Source of the DNA: Felis catus
Taxonomy: Eukaryota
NCBI RefSeq assembly: GCF_018350175.1
Contig: NC_058368.1
Span: forward strand, 57,786,001 to 57,850,000
DNA length: 64,000 nt
Reading direction: 5' to 3'
Shown in pieces: positions 26,838 through 40,460 of the stretch; within the stretch, counting starts at the first letter, position 1, and each line of letters starts with the position of its first letter. The position numbers and the translations under genes are program-made. The notes under the pieces were generated by a model. It saw only the letters and a list, made by a program, of their open reading frames with translations, searched no databases and had not been told where the DNA came from.

Positions 26838-27424
26838 CTCTGGAGATAAGTTACTGTGGCCGAGGTCAAAGAGGTTTTTGCCTGTTCTCTCCTCAAGGAT
26901 TTTGATGGCTTACTGTCTTACATTTAGGTTTTTCATCCATTTTGAGTTTATTTTTGTGTATGGTGTAAGAAACTGGTCCAGGTTCATTCTTTTTCAGGTT
27001 GCTTTTTCAGTTTTCCCAACACCATTTGGGGGAGAGACTATCTTTATTCCACTGGATATTCTTTTCTGCTTTGTCAAAGATTAGTTGGCTATACTTTTGT
27101 GGGTCCATTTCTGGGTTCTCTGTTCTGTTCCATTAATGTGAGTGTCTGTTTTTGTGCCAGTACCATACTGTCTTGATGATTACAGCTTTGTAATACAGCT
27201 TGAAGTCCGGAATTGTGATGCTGCCAGCCTTGGTTTTCTTTTTCAGGATTTCTTTGGCTATTTGGAGCCTTTACTGGTTCCATACAAATTTTAGGATTGT
27301 TTTTTCTAGCTCTGTGAAGAAATTTTGGTGTTATTTAGTAGGGATTACATTGAATATGTAGGTTGTTTTAGGTAATATTGACATTTTTTAACAATATTTG
27401 TTGTTCCAATTCATGAGCATGGAA
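26838..27424 (-). mobile_element. Inverted 5' segment of a twin-primed L1 (ORF2)
   Basis: Reverse complement aligns to ~2199-2790 of the window's L1. Confidence 0.92.
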
Positions 27425-28486
27425 GCAATCAGCAAAACTAAAAGGCAACTGATGAATGGGAGAAGACATTTGCAAATGACATATCTGATAAAGGGTTAGT
27501 ATATAAAATCTATAAAGAAGTTATAAAACTCAACACCCAAAAAATCAAATAATCCAGTGAAGAAATAAATGGGCAAAAGACATGAATAGACACTTTTCCA
27601 AAGAAGACATCCAGAAGACTAACAGACACATAAATAAATGCTCAACATCACCCATCATCAGGGAAATATGAATGAATCCAAACCATAATGAGATCCATCC
27701 CATACCTGTCAGAATCCAAACCACAATGAGATCCATCTCATACCTGTCAGAATGACCTGTCACCAACAACAATGTTGGTGAGGATGCAGAGAAACAGGAA
27801 CCCTTTTGCACTGCTTTTGGGAATGTGTACAGCCACTCAAGAAAACAGTATGGAAGTTCCTCAAAAAATTAAAAATAGAGCTACCCTGTGACACAGCAAT
27901 TACACTAGTATGTATTTAGCCAAAGGATATAGATGTGCTGTTTCAAAGGGGCATATGCACCCCAATGTTTATAGCAGTGCTATTGATGACACCCAAAGTA
28001 TGGAAAGAGCCCAAATATCCATCAACTGTTGAATGAATAAAGAAGATGTGGTATATACATATACAATGGAATATTCCTCATCAATCAAAAAGAATGAAAT
28101 CTTGCATTTGCAACAACATGGATGGAACAGGAGTGTATTATGCTAAGTGAAAATAGTCAGAGAAAGACAAATACCATATGACTTCACTCATATGTGGAAT
28201 TTAAGACACAAAACAGATAAACATAAGGAAAGGGAAGTAAAAATAATATAAAGACAAGGAAGGGGACAAAACAAAAAACTCTTAAATAGAACAAACTAAG
28301 GGTTGCTGGAGAAGTTTGGAGTGGGGGGATGGGTGAAATGGGCAAGAGGGATTAAGGAGGACACTTGATGGGATGAGCAATGGGTGTTATATGAAGGGGA
28401 TGAATCAATGGATTCTACTGCTGAAATCATTATTGTACTATATGCTAACTTGGATGTAAAATAAAAAATAATTAAGAAAAAATAAT
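27421..28486 (+). mobile_element. 3' segment of the same L1 (ORF2 end, 3'UTR, A tail)
   Basis: Aligns from ~3081 of the window's L1; carnivore L1 3'UTR; A-rich tail at ~28458-28486. Confidence 0.93.
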
Positions 28487-28908
28487 GTGGGACTGGCCAA
28501 CACGCCCCTCGCACATCAGTTCAAGCTAGCTGGTCTTAATATCAGTGGCTTCAGGTCTCAATTAGCAAGCAGACCAAAGTGTACCTTCCTAAAATGTACC
28601 ACACACCTGCTGTGGACCAAACACTGCCACAACAGGCACAGAGAACCACTGCAGACAACTGAACTGAAGAGAAAAGAGGCAAGAACACAAAGGCATATAC
28701 AACAAACACAAGAGACACAATCTGAAGTGACAGTTCCTGGGGAACACAGGACACAGCACTGCAGGGCATTTCAGAACCTCTTCTTCATAAGGCCATTACC
28801 TTCAAGAGTAAGAGACATAGCTTATTTTCCTAACACAGAGAAACAGACACTGGGAGTTAAAAAAATAAGACAGAAAAATATATCCCAAATGAAAGAAATT
28901 ACCATCAG

Positions 28909-29117
28909 TGCAGCTGGGTGGCTCAGTCAGTTAAGCATCCGACTTCGGCCCAGGTCATGATCTCACTGTCGGTGAGTTCGGGCCCCATGTCATGCTCTGT
29001 GCTGACAGCTCAGAGCCTGGAGCCTGCTTCAGATTCTGTGTTTCCCTCTCTTTCTGCCCCTCCCCCACTCGTGTTCTCTCTCTGTCTCTCAAAAATAATA
29101 AATAAAAACATTAAAAA
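28909..29117 (+). mobile_element. CanSINE
   Basis: CTGGGTGGCTCAGTCAGTTAAG head, CT tract, AATAAA tail. Confidence 0.92.
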
Positions 29118-30730
29118 TGTTTTATCAGGTGATATATTTTAACTTTATTAATTCAATTATATTAGAAAATAAATTTTTGGCTAAAATAATTTTAAACAAT
29201 GTGGCCATAATTTATGTTTTGTGTTATAAATATTTGTATCTGAAATAAGTATTTGTATCTGAAATGTGCTATGTATTTTCACAGATCTTAGACTTTTAAA
29301 TCTGAATTTTTATCACATTTTGAGTATGCTAATACATTCAATTTGCCCCAAAATTACAATTATTATTTACATAATATGTTGAATTTTTAAGCAATTATTT
29401 AAAAATCACATTTAAAACACTACATTTATGATAAAATAGATATTCTGGCATAAGATATATCCTTTTGAAAGATATAAATTATGAAATGTGTCATCACTTA
29501 TCCCTAAGTATCTTTATTCTGTGCTTCCTTACTGTGGCTTTTCAGATGTTAGATTATAACATTATTATTCCTATAGGTAGTGAATTGATTTTCTATCACT
29601 GAACTACTCTTTCCAAGTATTAACTGGTTCTTTGATATCTGATACTAGAACATGAAAAATATCACAAGTTCTCCCAATTTTCTTCTATTAATTTTTCTAA
29701 AGCACTATCAGTGAGTACTATAATCACTACATTACCTCTAAAGAAATGTATTTTTGAAGTATAAGTATGATATGTAATAGTTGGAAAATGTGAATGCCAA
29801 AATTAGCTCATCTGGCTTTGGTAGCTATATGGAGGACAGGACAAGATCGTGTGAGCTCTATGTTACTTTGTGCTTGTCTGATCACTGCTGAAAAATTATA
29901 TTTGGTCCAAAGAGCAATATTTTAATAATAAGACTTTTGCTTTTAAATCACATCATGCTAAAAGTTACTAATTTCTCCTTTCCCATTATCACATAAATGT
30001 CTCTGGAGGCATTAAGGCAAAATACCAAGTGTTTCTGTCAGATTCGAGAATTATTCCAGTAAAGTTTTATCTACCAAAGGAAAGAAAAAAATACAAAAAT
30101 ATGTAACAAAATTGCAATTCACTCTTTGAAATGAATTGACATCAACTTCCAAGAAGTAGTGAATATATTCGGCTTTTCCTCAGTACATTTAGCTTAAATG
30201 TTCAACGTTTTCTTCCACCAGAAAATGGATTAAACTCACTAGCCAACTGTTCTAGTACCTCAGTCTATCCAGACAAGGTTGTTTCCCCTCCTTGCGGTTT
30301 GGGTGGAAACAATGCAAAGTGTAAGAATGAATGGTTGAGAAGGACTAATGTCTGTCTGGAGAAATCAGGGGAAGAATAATAACGGGGTTTAAGAAAAAAA
30401 AACACTGAAATACAAAGAGAAAGAGGTATCACTATGAAACTTGGGAAAAAAAACTATCTAGGGAATGCTGAGGAAAATTTCAAAGAACTTCAGCTTCATG
30501 TCCACAATACGATATAAAAATATATCGCTTTTATGAAATTTTTATCGCTTTTATGAAATTGCGCCTGGAAATTGTAAAGAAAATAAATGTGATAACAAAG
30601 ACATGAAATCAGGTTAGATACAGAGTAATAACATCCAAATCAGACCAGTAAGTCACACTATACATTCAAATACATTTCAATAAGAGTAAAATTTACAGGT
30701 AAAAAATAAATGTAAATATAGATTACTTAA

Positions 30731-30923
30731 ATTTTTTTAAGTTTATTTATTTTGAGAGAGACAGAGGCAGCTCAAGTGGACAGTGTGCAGAGAGAGGAAG
30801 ACAGAGAATCCCAAGTGGGCTCTGCACTGTCTGCTTGGAGCTTGAACCATGAAACCATGAAATCATGACCTGAGCCAAAACCAAAAGTCAGAGGCTTAAC
30901 TGACTGAGCCATCCAGGCTTGCC
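30731..30923 (-). mobile_element. CanSINE
   Basis: Reverse body; TSD ATAGATTA[C/T]TT. Confidence 0.9.
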
Positions 30924-32039
30924 ATAGATTATTTTAAATGTAAACCTGGAATAAGGAAAACATTTCTAAGTATAATTCTATGGAAGAAAGATTGATATTT
31001 TCAAATAAATAAAAATGTAAACTTTTCCATCAACTGAAATGATATATATAATCTGAGAAACTGTGAAAATACTTGAAATATTTATGGCAATAAAGATTGA
31101 ATATCCTTAATTTATCAAATCGTCTTATAAACAAAGGTTCCTGCATGTACAAATTATGTGCATAAATTTGAGAGCAGGTAGGAGTTTAAGAGACTGTAAA
31201 ATGAGACTTAAAAGTACTACTCTTCAGAGCCCAAATCCTGATTTTACTTTTAGGTTCTATGGTGTATCTTTCATATGTTATCCTCTACTTAACTTGACCA
31301 TCAAGTAAATCAAATACAATATTGCTTTTGTATATTCACTGTCAATACACATCTGTTATTTCATTAGAATAATCCCTGGCTTTTTTTGACTAAGTGTAAT
31401 TATCCTCCTGTGAGATCTTTTCTTTCATTTGAATATGGAATAATATAAGGGGTCGGGCAGTCAGAATTAATAGATGCCAACCTATCTTCACAATTTGTCG
31501 TACATCATTCAGGCTTAAAATATAATACCATTTTTTACATTTTCCCTTACATTTTCAATTTTGTTTACTTTTTCTGTCACTTTTCTTTATTCCTATAACT
31601 ACAATATTTTTCAACATTGATTCAGGCCATTTCAAGGTAGCACCTTAGCGAGATGGCATCTGACACCCCTGTTTTGAAGGGTGGCAGATTAATTTGGCTT
31701 TTTTTTTCAATTTATTCACATTAATTATATGTGGTGAGGACTAAAGCTGAGTGAGATTTGGGTATGGTGTAAAATTCAGTTAAAATGAAAATGTCTTTTT
31801 CTCATGTTACTTGAAGATAGGAATGATTACATGCAAACGGTTTCTGTTTTATGCTGCCTAATGATGTGGGCTTATAAAACTGTTAACGTGTCTTCTTAAA
31901 TATAGCCCTACTTTGAAGTAATAGTTGCAAAACAAGTGCATCTCAATCACCACGTGAACGTTTCAATGTCAAATATATTTTTTTTCAGTCACTTAAAACA
32001 ATCTTTATACTTCATACACTCTCCTGGATTTCTGACCAT

Positions 32040-32500
32040 GAATGTGCAAGATGATTATTTGGCTCTCTCAACCTCCATTCCACTTTCCCTCTATCTGAGG
32101 AAAGAAGCAAGCTAAAAACCTGTACTTCTCCTCCTTCCCTGTTAACAGAGTTCTGGAAGTGAACTAGGTTGTATCTTTTAGGCACTTTAATGAGATTCAG
32201 AATGTTTCACCTTGAATGAGTCAAAAGAATAGAGTATTCACAGTGGCTAGACTACTTGGTCTCCAGTTTTGTGGGTACGGTACTGTGTGGTTGGTGAATG
32301 ATGATGACCACAGGAGAACATTTTCCTGACTCTGGACTTCAGCTGCAGTGTTTGACTTAGATGCAAAGAGCTTATGGTAGTTCCTTAACTTCCAGTCCTC
32401 TAACCCTTCAATGATTTTTGTTTTTATCGTTATTATTACTATTATTTTACTTAAAATATTAACAATGGTTTCTGTACTTCACACACCCTTGATTAAACAA
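32040..32500 (+). mobile_element. Old ERVL-class LTR fragment (LTR33-like)
   Basis: AAGCTAAAAACCTGTACTTCTC...GAGTTCTGGAAGTGAACTAGGTT similarity; ends approximate. Confidence 0.4.
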
Positions 32501-32824
32501 ATTATAAAGATCTCTTTTTGAGAATATGAGACGTTTTGTGTCTGAGGAAAGTTTACATGCATAAAAGACTAGATTACTTAGTTTTATTAATCACTTAATT
32601 GAAATCATATGTTTCAAAGGTCTACCAGTTTTTAATTCTTGTTATTCCATTGTAAATACATAACTTTTACATAAAATGAAATGTTTACTATTGGAGAAAT
32701 TTTTGTTTGATCATCTCACATTCAACAGAATACCTTTAAACAATCAGCTATTTAGCTGAATTTATATGTTTAATGCTTTTAATTTTATTATTGAATTTAT
32801 TGGCTTTAAGACCTTGACAAGGTG

Positions 32825-33440
32825 TTTGTTTGTTTGTTTGTTTGTTTGTTTGTTTGTTTTAGGTGTACAATATAATGGTTCAACAACTCTATACAGTACT
32901 CAGTGCTCATCATCATGGTAAGCATACTCTTAATCACCTTTTTCTATTTCACCCTACCTCCCCTCTGGGAACCACCAGTTTGTTCTCTGTATTTACAATT
33001 CTGTTTTTTCATTTACTTGTCTCTTTTTTGTTTTGTTTTTTAAATTTCACATATAAGTGAAATCATATGGTGTCTTCTTTCTCCATCTAACTTATTCCAC
33101 TTAGCATTGCACCCTATAGGTCCATTCATGTTGTTGCAAATAGCAATATCTCATTCTTTATGACTAATATTCCATTATATACATATACCATACCTTCTTT
33201 ATGCATTCATCTATTGAGGGATATTTGGATTGCTTCTATATCTTGGCTATTGTAAGTAATGCTGCAATAACATAGAGGTGCATATATACTTTCAGATTAG
33301 TGTTTTTATTTTCTTTGGGCAAATACCCAGTATTGAAATTACTATATCATATGATAATTCTATTTTTTTTTTAATTTTTGAGGAACCTCCACACTATTTT
33401 CTAGTGCCTGTACCAATCTGCATTCCCACCAACAGTGCAA
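32825..33440 (-). mobile_element. 5'-truncated carnivore L1 with (TTTG)n tail
   Basis: Reverse L1 3' end; diverged TSD AAGA[C/G]CTTGA[C/T]AAGG at ~32808 and ~33448. Confidence 0.9.
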
Positions 33441-35394
33441 TGACTTCAAGAGCTTGATAAGGCATTTTAACAAATAAAACAAGAGTGTCTTACAATTACT
33501 TAAAAACCTCTTAGAATTAATACATTAATGTGAATATACTGATAAGAAAAACAGTAACACATTCCACCATTACAATGCCTGTAAATATCATAAATACTTT
33601 AAGTAGCAATCATACAGAGATTGTTTCTAAATATTACACAGAGGTGTCCATGTAATAAACTGGGTTAACTTAATCACCTCTATATTTAATTCTAAGCCTG
33701 AACAGATTTGAATAAAAAACATACAGATACTAAGAACAGATATTGTCTAAAAATTCAAGTTTACTTGACAATTTTATTAATTATGATGATTTACGACAAT
33801 TTTATTATTAGTTACTGAGATTTTAGACAGGATGGAAGAAATAGACCCTGAGAGCTATAATCTCCAGAGTAGATTATAGGTATGTCAGAGATAGGTCCAC
33901 TACTCCTTGTTTCTCTCATTTTTTTTTCTTGTTTTCATCTCTAGACATCAGCTGATTTCAAGTCTGCATCTTTTCTATGGATTGGTATCACAGCCTGTGC
34001 CTTATGCATTTAAGTTATATCCTTATGCAATTATTTATTTAACTTCTTGAATGAAGCCCACATATTTTTAGTCCTCTGAAGATATTTACTGGTTTGAGGA
34101 GGATTTCACTACCTCTTCCTTCCGAAAGCAATTTATTTCCTTAATACTTTTTATTAGAGGTAGTTGCCCAAATATTACACATAGGGTAGCCATCCCACAG
34201 GCCTGCAGTTGAATTTGCCTACTGTCCCACTTCTCCCTGGCTACCCAGAGATAAGATCTTATAGGGATTATATTCCCTACAAAGGGAACAGAAGGATGAT
34301 TGGAAAAACAAAGGATGTACAAGAACTAAAGGACCAACTGAATGCTGGCTATTTGTCAATTTTTATTCCCAACACTGAAGTTTAATTTTGGGAAAAAGCA
34401 GGAAACAATATTAAATAAAACAAGTATTTTCCAAGTTAATATACTGAATAGTTTAAAATACTTCCTCAAATTTGAATAAACTTCTTCTGTATTGATTATT
34501 CATTTCTTCATCTATTTATCAGAGCTATTCTGATTTTAGATTACCTAGAGTTCCATTTTCCCTTAATAAATAAAATTATTAAATAATTTTATTTAATAAA
34601 TAATTTAATAAAATTATTAAATAATTAAATAAAAATAAAAAAGTTATTAGAGCAAGGCTTGGATATTTTTGACAACCATTCAGTACTCATGAGATGGGCC
34701 GCATCTCTTAGAGTGTTAAATTTTTCTAATAATAAGATAATAAGCTCAAATTGGGGATAGAAGTTATTATTGCCTTACCTCTCCTTCTATGTCCTCTGAT
34801 ATCACCTAAAATTTCATGAATGTAAATAAGATGACAATAGGATATTTAAAACAGAAATAGCTTTAAATATATGGGGATAGGGAAAAAGGTTTTTGCTTTA
34901 TCACATATCATCCATACTCATTATTTTTAGTTAGGCTACGGATGGTGTGCAGCCTATTGCCATAATGTCTGCAGACTTTATGACATCAGTCACAACTTCT
35001 GTAAGGTGTAAACCATTCTTGGTTACCTTGAGTCTTCATAGCACATGAGAGAGAGAGTAAGGAATAGGGTTAGCCAAGTAACTGTTAGTGGAAGCATGAA
35101 TGTTCATGTAGATGCATATGCATATAGCATCATGTAGATGCTTATGCATATAGATGCTTATGTATATATAGATGCTCTACATTCCAAAAAAATCCAACAT
35201 TTTCAAGTACTCCATTGAAAGCTACTAAAATATTGCAACCTCTTTGAAAACCTGAATGATTAATTTAAGAGAAGTAAAATGAAGTAAACATAAATTCCCA
35301 CATGCACACTTTTATATAAACACTGTCCTGAAATCCTGAATGTAGAAACAAGCTACATTAGTTTGGTTTAAACATAATCAACAGAATACATTAG

Positions 35395-35541
35395 GGAGGT
35401 CAACCTGCTTTCCTCAGCCTACTGATTGAATTATTAATCTCATTCAGAAACGGCCTTACAAATATGCCCAGAATCATGTTTGACCAAATATCTGGGCACA
35501 CTGTGATACAGTTAAGATGACACATAAAATTAAACATCACA
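35395..35541 (-). mobile_element. MLT2 LTR 5' fragment
   Basis: Reverse complement starts TGTGATGTTTAATTTTATGTGTCATCTTAACTG, matching the MLT2 terminus. Confidence 0.85.
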
Positions 35542-36019
35542 AATCCTAATACCTCCAGTAGTCAGTTAAGCATTGTATCATCAATAGAGCTATTTCATAG
35601 ATCATATGATATCAGGGCAATTCTATTCCTTCATGAATCTCTTTTTTTTATTAATGGATAATTATTCCCTTTTAACTATCATATTCTTACAGTTAGAACA
35701 TTTAAGGGGAATGAGAAGGGGGGGGGAATCCAGCGAGCTTCTTCCCACCATGTCTAGCTTCTTGCTCTTATAACTTATCCCCATCTTGCAGCTTATGTGA
35801 CCTCCAGGGGGAGAATCTCTTTCATTGCACTTAGATTTCCACCTGGGTTGTGTACTGTTTCTATGGCCCCTTGTGTCTAAAATAGGTGAATTAAGTCTAC
35901 AACTGCCATGAAAGTATCATCTTTGAAGTTCCAAAGAAAAGTGTCCTAGTCAAGGCTGTCAAACAGTCAAAGCTTATTTCAGAGACACTGGCAACCCTAC
36001 TCTTCAGAACAGAGCCAAG

Positions 36020-36180
36020 GAGACAGTATACATGTCTTAGAGCCAAAAGACTTGGCTTCAAATAACAGCTCTTTCAATTTTTAGCTTGCTCAAATAACAA
36101 CCTTTCTGAACTGCATTTTCCCCTTCTACAAAAGTCTTGCAGGGTTACTATGAGATTAAATAAGACTATATGTGTGAACT
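36020..36180 (+). mobile_element. MIR fragment
   Basis: TTAGAGCCAAAAGACTTGGCTTCAAAT...GGGTTACTATGAGATTAAAT. Confidence 0.65.
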
Positions 36181-36589
36181 GCCAAGTTCTTCAGGCCTGA
36201 TTCTCAAAACAGAATCAGGCTGAATGGTGATGAGACATATTTATAGAGAACAATGTTGAAGTGACTAAGGTAAGAAAATTTGCAATCTGCTCCCTTTTCC
36301 TTCCCAGGATTATTCTCTCTAATAATTCTCCTCCCTTAATTTTTCAATGTAAGATTTTTTTAATTGTTCTCTGGAAGTCAGAAATGGCTACAGATTGTAT
36401 GACTCTACAGAGTAAATAAGTTGTATGTCAAAAAGAGAGAAAAAAGTATTTTGAATGAAATACTGGGAAAAACATCTTAAAGAAATTTTATCTTCTAATT
36501 TATAGTAAAATACTTATTTTTATAATTTTAGGAGACAGTAGAACCAGGAAGGTATTGAAGAAACATGTAATTCATTAATATACAGCATT

Positions 36590-36720
36590 GTTGTTCACAG
36601 GATCTTACTGGAGATGTGGAATCTCAGATCCCACCCTAGATTTCTGATCACAATCTATATGTTAATAAGATCTTCCAGGTGATTCATATTCACATCAGAG
36701 TGTGAGGAGCACTGCTGTAG
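36590..36720. mobile_element. MER5A-like relic
   Basis: AATCTCAGATCCCACCCTAGA...CCAGGTGATTCATATTCACATCAGAGTGTGAGGAGCACTG. Confidence 0.75.
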
Positions 36721-36891
36721 ATTTTACAGTGTGAAAATACTCATATAGATGTTTCTTTCCCTGAGAATACATAAGATATGGCATTTCCAGACCCTGTAAT
36801 ATCTAATATTATGAATTCCCCAGAATATGTGGTGATTATCTATTAGACGGGTTCATACTATTTCTGCTTATAGACAAGGTCTGCTAAGGTA

Positions 36892-37000
36892 ATCACAGCC
36901 CTTATATGATATATGATCATATCACAGCCCTTATATGATATATGATATATCATAATATATATATATATTATATATATATATTATATATATATATATATCT
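36892..37000. repeat. 29-bp tandem duplication grading into (TA)n
   Basis: ATCACAGCCCTTATATGATATATGAT occurs twice in tandem. Confidence 0.9.
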
Positions 37001-37180
37001 TCATTCTCTTAACTCTGCTTTTAGAATTAATTTCCATTGAAACCAATTGTCTGAGTGGTGAGAACAGGTTAAATGGAGATCTCCAGATGAATTCTGATTC
37101 CTGTGTAGTTTAGAATTAGAATTGCAGTGGTTTCAAGATATGGTTTCTTTTACTCTAGCTATCTTTTTAAAGTAATTGAG

Positions 37181-37393
37181 GGGGCGCCTGGGTGGCGCAG
37201 TCGGTTAAACGTCCGACTTCAGCCAGGTCACGATCTCGCGGTCTGGGAGTTCGAGCCCCGCGTCAGGCTCTGGGCTGATGGCTCAGAGCCTGGAGCCTGT
37301 TTCCGATTCTGTGTCTCCCTCTCTCTCTGCCCCTCCCCGTTCATGCTCTGTCTCTCTCTGTCCCAAAAATAAATAAACGTTGAAAAAAAAATG
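37181..37393 (+). mobile_element. Young SINEC_Fc-type SINE
   Basis: TSD AAAGTAATTGAG at 37169-37180 and 37394-37405. Confidence 0.97.
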
Positions 37394-37484
37394 AAAGTAA
37401 TTGAGAACTGTCAAAAAGCAAAGTAATAGCCAGACATCGGACCAGTGCATATTTTAATAAACTAACATGACTAAAATAATTTTA

Positions 37485-37563
37485 TTTTATTTATTTTAAT
37501 ATAATTTATTGACACATTGGTTTCCATACAACACCCAGTGCTCATCCCAAGTGCCCTCCTCAA
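37485..37563 (-). mobile_element. Extremely 5'-truncated felid L1 (~80 bp)
   Basis: Reverse complement matches 3989-4068; TSD TAAAATAATTTTA at 37472-37484 and 37564-37576. Confidence 0.9.
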
Positions 37564-38494
37564 TAAAATAATTTTAATAAAATGTTATATATAATGTTTG
37601 GTATCCTTACTACTTTAATTACTATCTGGTAATTTTCTAAAGGATAATAACCATCCATCAATTTTCATTGTTTATTGTATCAAATATATTCATATATGTT
37701 TAAACTTATGTAATAAAATTGGGACTTTAATGGGTAAATTAAGCTATAAAGTGTGTATATTTTTATAATTTGAACAGTATTTTTATACGTTTTTTTGGAA
37801 AGTTTACAAAGTATAAGCATGTTTTCTTTCTTACTGGCAACATGCTCATACTGAAACATATTCTATTTTATCTCATATGTACATTACTTTTGATTTCTAA
37901 CAAGATAGTGAAACAGGTATGCATGATGCATTAATTAGATAAGAGTGTTAATCTGCAAGGGAAGCTTTCCAATTTAGAAACTCAAAGAAACTTCTGAGCA
38001 AGGTTTGATTATTGTAGATAGCATTTCAGCTCATTATACCTAAGACACCCTCGGTTATAAGAACTACCTATAATAGTGAACAGCTTAGTGACAAGACAAA
38101 TAAAAGGAAGTTATTTGAAGCTGTATTTTTTCCTTTCAAGAAAGTGTAAAAGTCTATAGAAGAACAAAATTTCAATCAAAAGTTTCAAATTGTACTTAAA
38201 TGTGAACCTGATAATGATTTTTACCAAGTTACTATATATCCTGTCTTTTCTATCTATGCAGTAGAGCAGTTTGCAGAAAGTGTGTAGTTTTTAAATAATT
38301 CACAAAGATGGTATCACCGTTTTCATTATCTTGTATTTTATCATTATTAAATAATCAATTCCTACACACAAATAAAATGAAGCTAAATGGTTTAACTGGA
38401 AATTTCAGAATGAGAGTTAGTTTAAAACCAGCTAATATGTTAAGTCTGAATCCTTCTTGAACATTTACTTATATCACACATATTTAGAAGACAA

Positions 38495-38692
38495 GGAGCT
38501 CCTGGGTGGCTTAGTGGGTTGAGCATGGGACTTCATTTCATGTCATGATCTCATGGTTCTTGAGTTCGAGCCCCAAATCTGGAGCCATGCTGTCCACCCA
38601 GAGCCGGTTTCAGCTCCTCTGTCCCCCCCTCACTCTGCCCCTCCCCTGCTCAAGCTCTCTTTCTCTCTCTCTAAAATAAACATTAAAAAAAA
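38495..38692 (+). mobile_element. Diverged CanSINE
   Basis: CCTGGGTGGCTTAG head, GAGTTCGAGCCCC, CT tract, AATAAAC tail. Confidence 0.88.
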
Positions 38693-40092
38693 TAACATAA
38701 TATTTTGGTTCAGAGCAATAAGTAATCACATAATTAATAATTTAACATGAAGTCAATTAAATATTTTATTTTTAATGTATCAGGTATTTATCATTTTATG
38801 TTGTCAGATAACCTTTCATTAATGGGCTACTTGAAAGGTCACTGTTTGCCCACAGGATAATATTTAAATGTAGAATAGTATTCTTCTTGATTCTTATTTT
38901 CCTTCACTATTTAATACTCTTCATGGTAACTGTGTTCCTGCCTATTCTATATACACACATATCTCTCTTCTCCTTAGGACTTGTGCCATAATTTATAGCA
39001 TTTAGCTTTATTTTATTTTACTATTATGACATCCAGCAGGTATTCCTTGGAATACTTTTATAGATTAATAAAAGTATTCTTCATCAGGCCATCATCTGCT
39101 AGTTTGTCAATTTCATATCTTTGCACAATGAAGTAATACAGGGCTTATAAAATCTTCTCAATAGTAGAGTTAATTTTGGCACAGAATAATTATCTTTTTT
39201 CTTTTTTCTCATCAATGTCTATCAAAGTGACTAACAGTATTCTCTCCTAAGGACTTAAAAGAAGCACACTCATGCAGGAAACAGACACCACACCAACAAA
39301 ACTTCTCTCTTCCTTTATGTGGTCTAGAACCATTGAAATTTCATAATAGTTATTTTTATAGATCTTTAACATAGGCTAATTCTATATGGTCTCTTAAGTT
39401 CCATTAATAATCTCTGGCTGTCCCTCCACTAACCTGAAAATCTACATTATATAATTTTTTTGGTTTAACATAACCATTTCTGTTAAATGTTTTATTTGAC
39501 TAACAAAACACTTTTTTTTTCCAAAGTAGTTTTAAATATGCGAGGATGTCAACAAATGAGTTTAACATAGTTTATCAGTTATTTTTTTTTGTATAAATCA
39601 GACTTAGGGAATATTCATTATCAAATTACAAAATAAATTTGCTGAAAACAATTTGTGTAGTTGTATTTTGGAGAAGATTTGTTGTTGATTTAACATTGGC
39701 TTTGTTTCTGCTTCATGTTTTACTTTTCTTTTCATGTCTTGTTCCAGTAAATATCTAGTTATTTTTTCTTTTAGAATGACATTTCCTAAGTGAAATATTT
39801 TTTGGAAAAAAGTGTTAATTCTCTATGTCAGTGGAGAAGTGCAAACACTATCAAATTTAGAGATGAAAAAATAAAGCAGATAATGCAGAAAATAGGTGTA
39901 AGTGATGCTGCTTTTATAAACTAAATTATATTTACACACTAACATTTTAGCCAATTCATGATATTCATTATTATGTTTTTAGGATATTTTTAAAAGTAAC
40001 ATTAGCTTTAAATTTTAAAACACTCATAAACATGTATTTCCTTCATTTAAAATTTAAATAAAATTCATAATCACATTAAAAGTATAAAAAAA

Positions 40093-40292
40093 TTTTAATG
40101 TTTATTTATTTTTGAGAGACAGAGGGCACAAGCAGGGGAGGGGCAGAAAGAGAGGGAGACACAGAATCCAAACAAGCTCCAGGCTCCAAGCTGTCAGCAC
40201 AGAGCCCAACAGGGGGCTCAAACCCATGAACTGAGAGATCATGACCTGAGCTAAAGTCTGAAGCTTAACCAACTGAGCCACCCAGGTATCCC
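40093..40292 (-). mobile_element. CanSINE
   Basis: Reverse SINE body. Confidence 0.92.
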
Positions 40293-40460
40293 ATTGTATT
40301 AAAAGTTTCAATTGCATTATGTATCTGTTTTCTAATATACCTTTGGAAGTGTCCTGTCAGGATATATTTAGATCATAACTACTGTTTTCATAGAAATAAA
40401 ATCTTAACCAAAGTAATAATTGAATGTTATTTAAAACTGTGATATTATCTCCATGATTTA

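Larger units (their letters stand above)
26455..28897 (+). mobile_element. Carnivore L1 5'UTR to ORF1 start, split by a younger L1 (pieces ~26455-26835 and ~28487-28897)
   Basis: GGCAAGATGG start motif; ends in AAAATAAGACAGAAAAATATATCCCAAATGAAAGAA, resembling the ORF1 N-terminus. Confidence 0.65.

Noticed and set aside
28487..28960. 157-aa ORF
   Set aside because: Lies in decayed L1 5'UTR and runs into a SINE; no ATG start and no recognisable domain
30140..30380. Stop-free stretch of about 80 codons on the plus strand
   Set aside because: No start codon, no convincing splice sites, no recognisable protein similarity
34560..34640. AT-only quasi-palindrome
   Set aside because: Low-complexity A/T sequence makes self-complementarity expected
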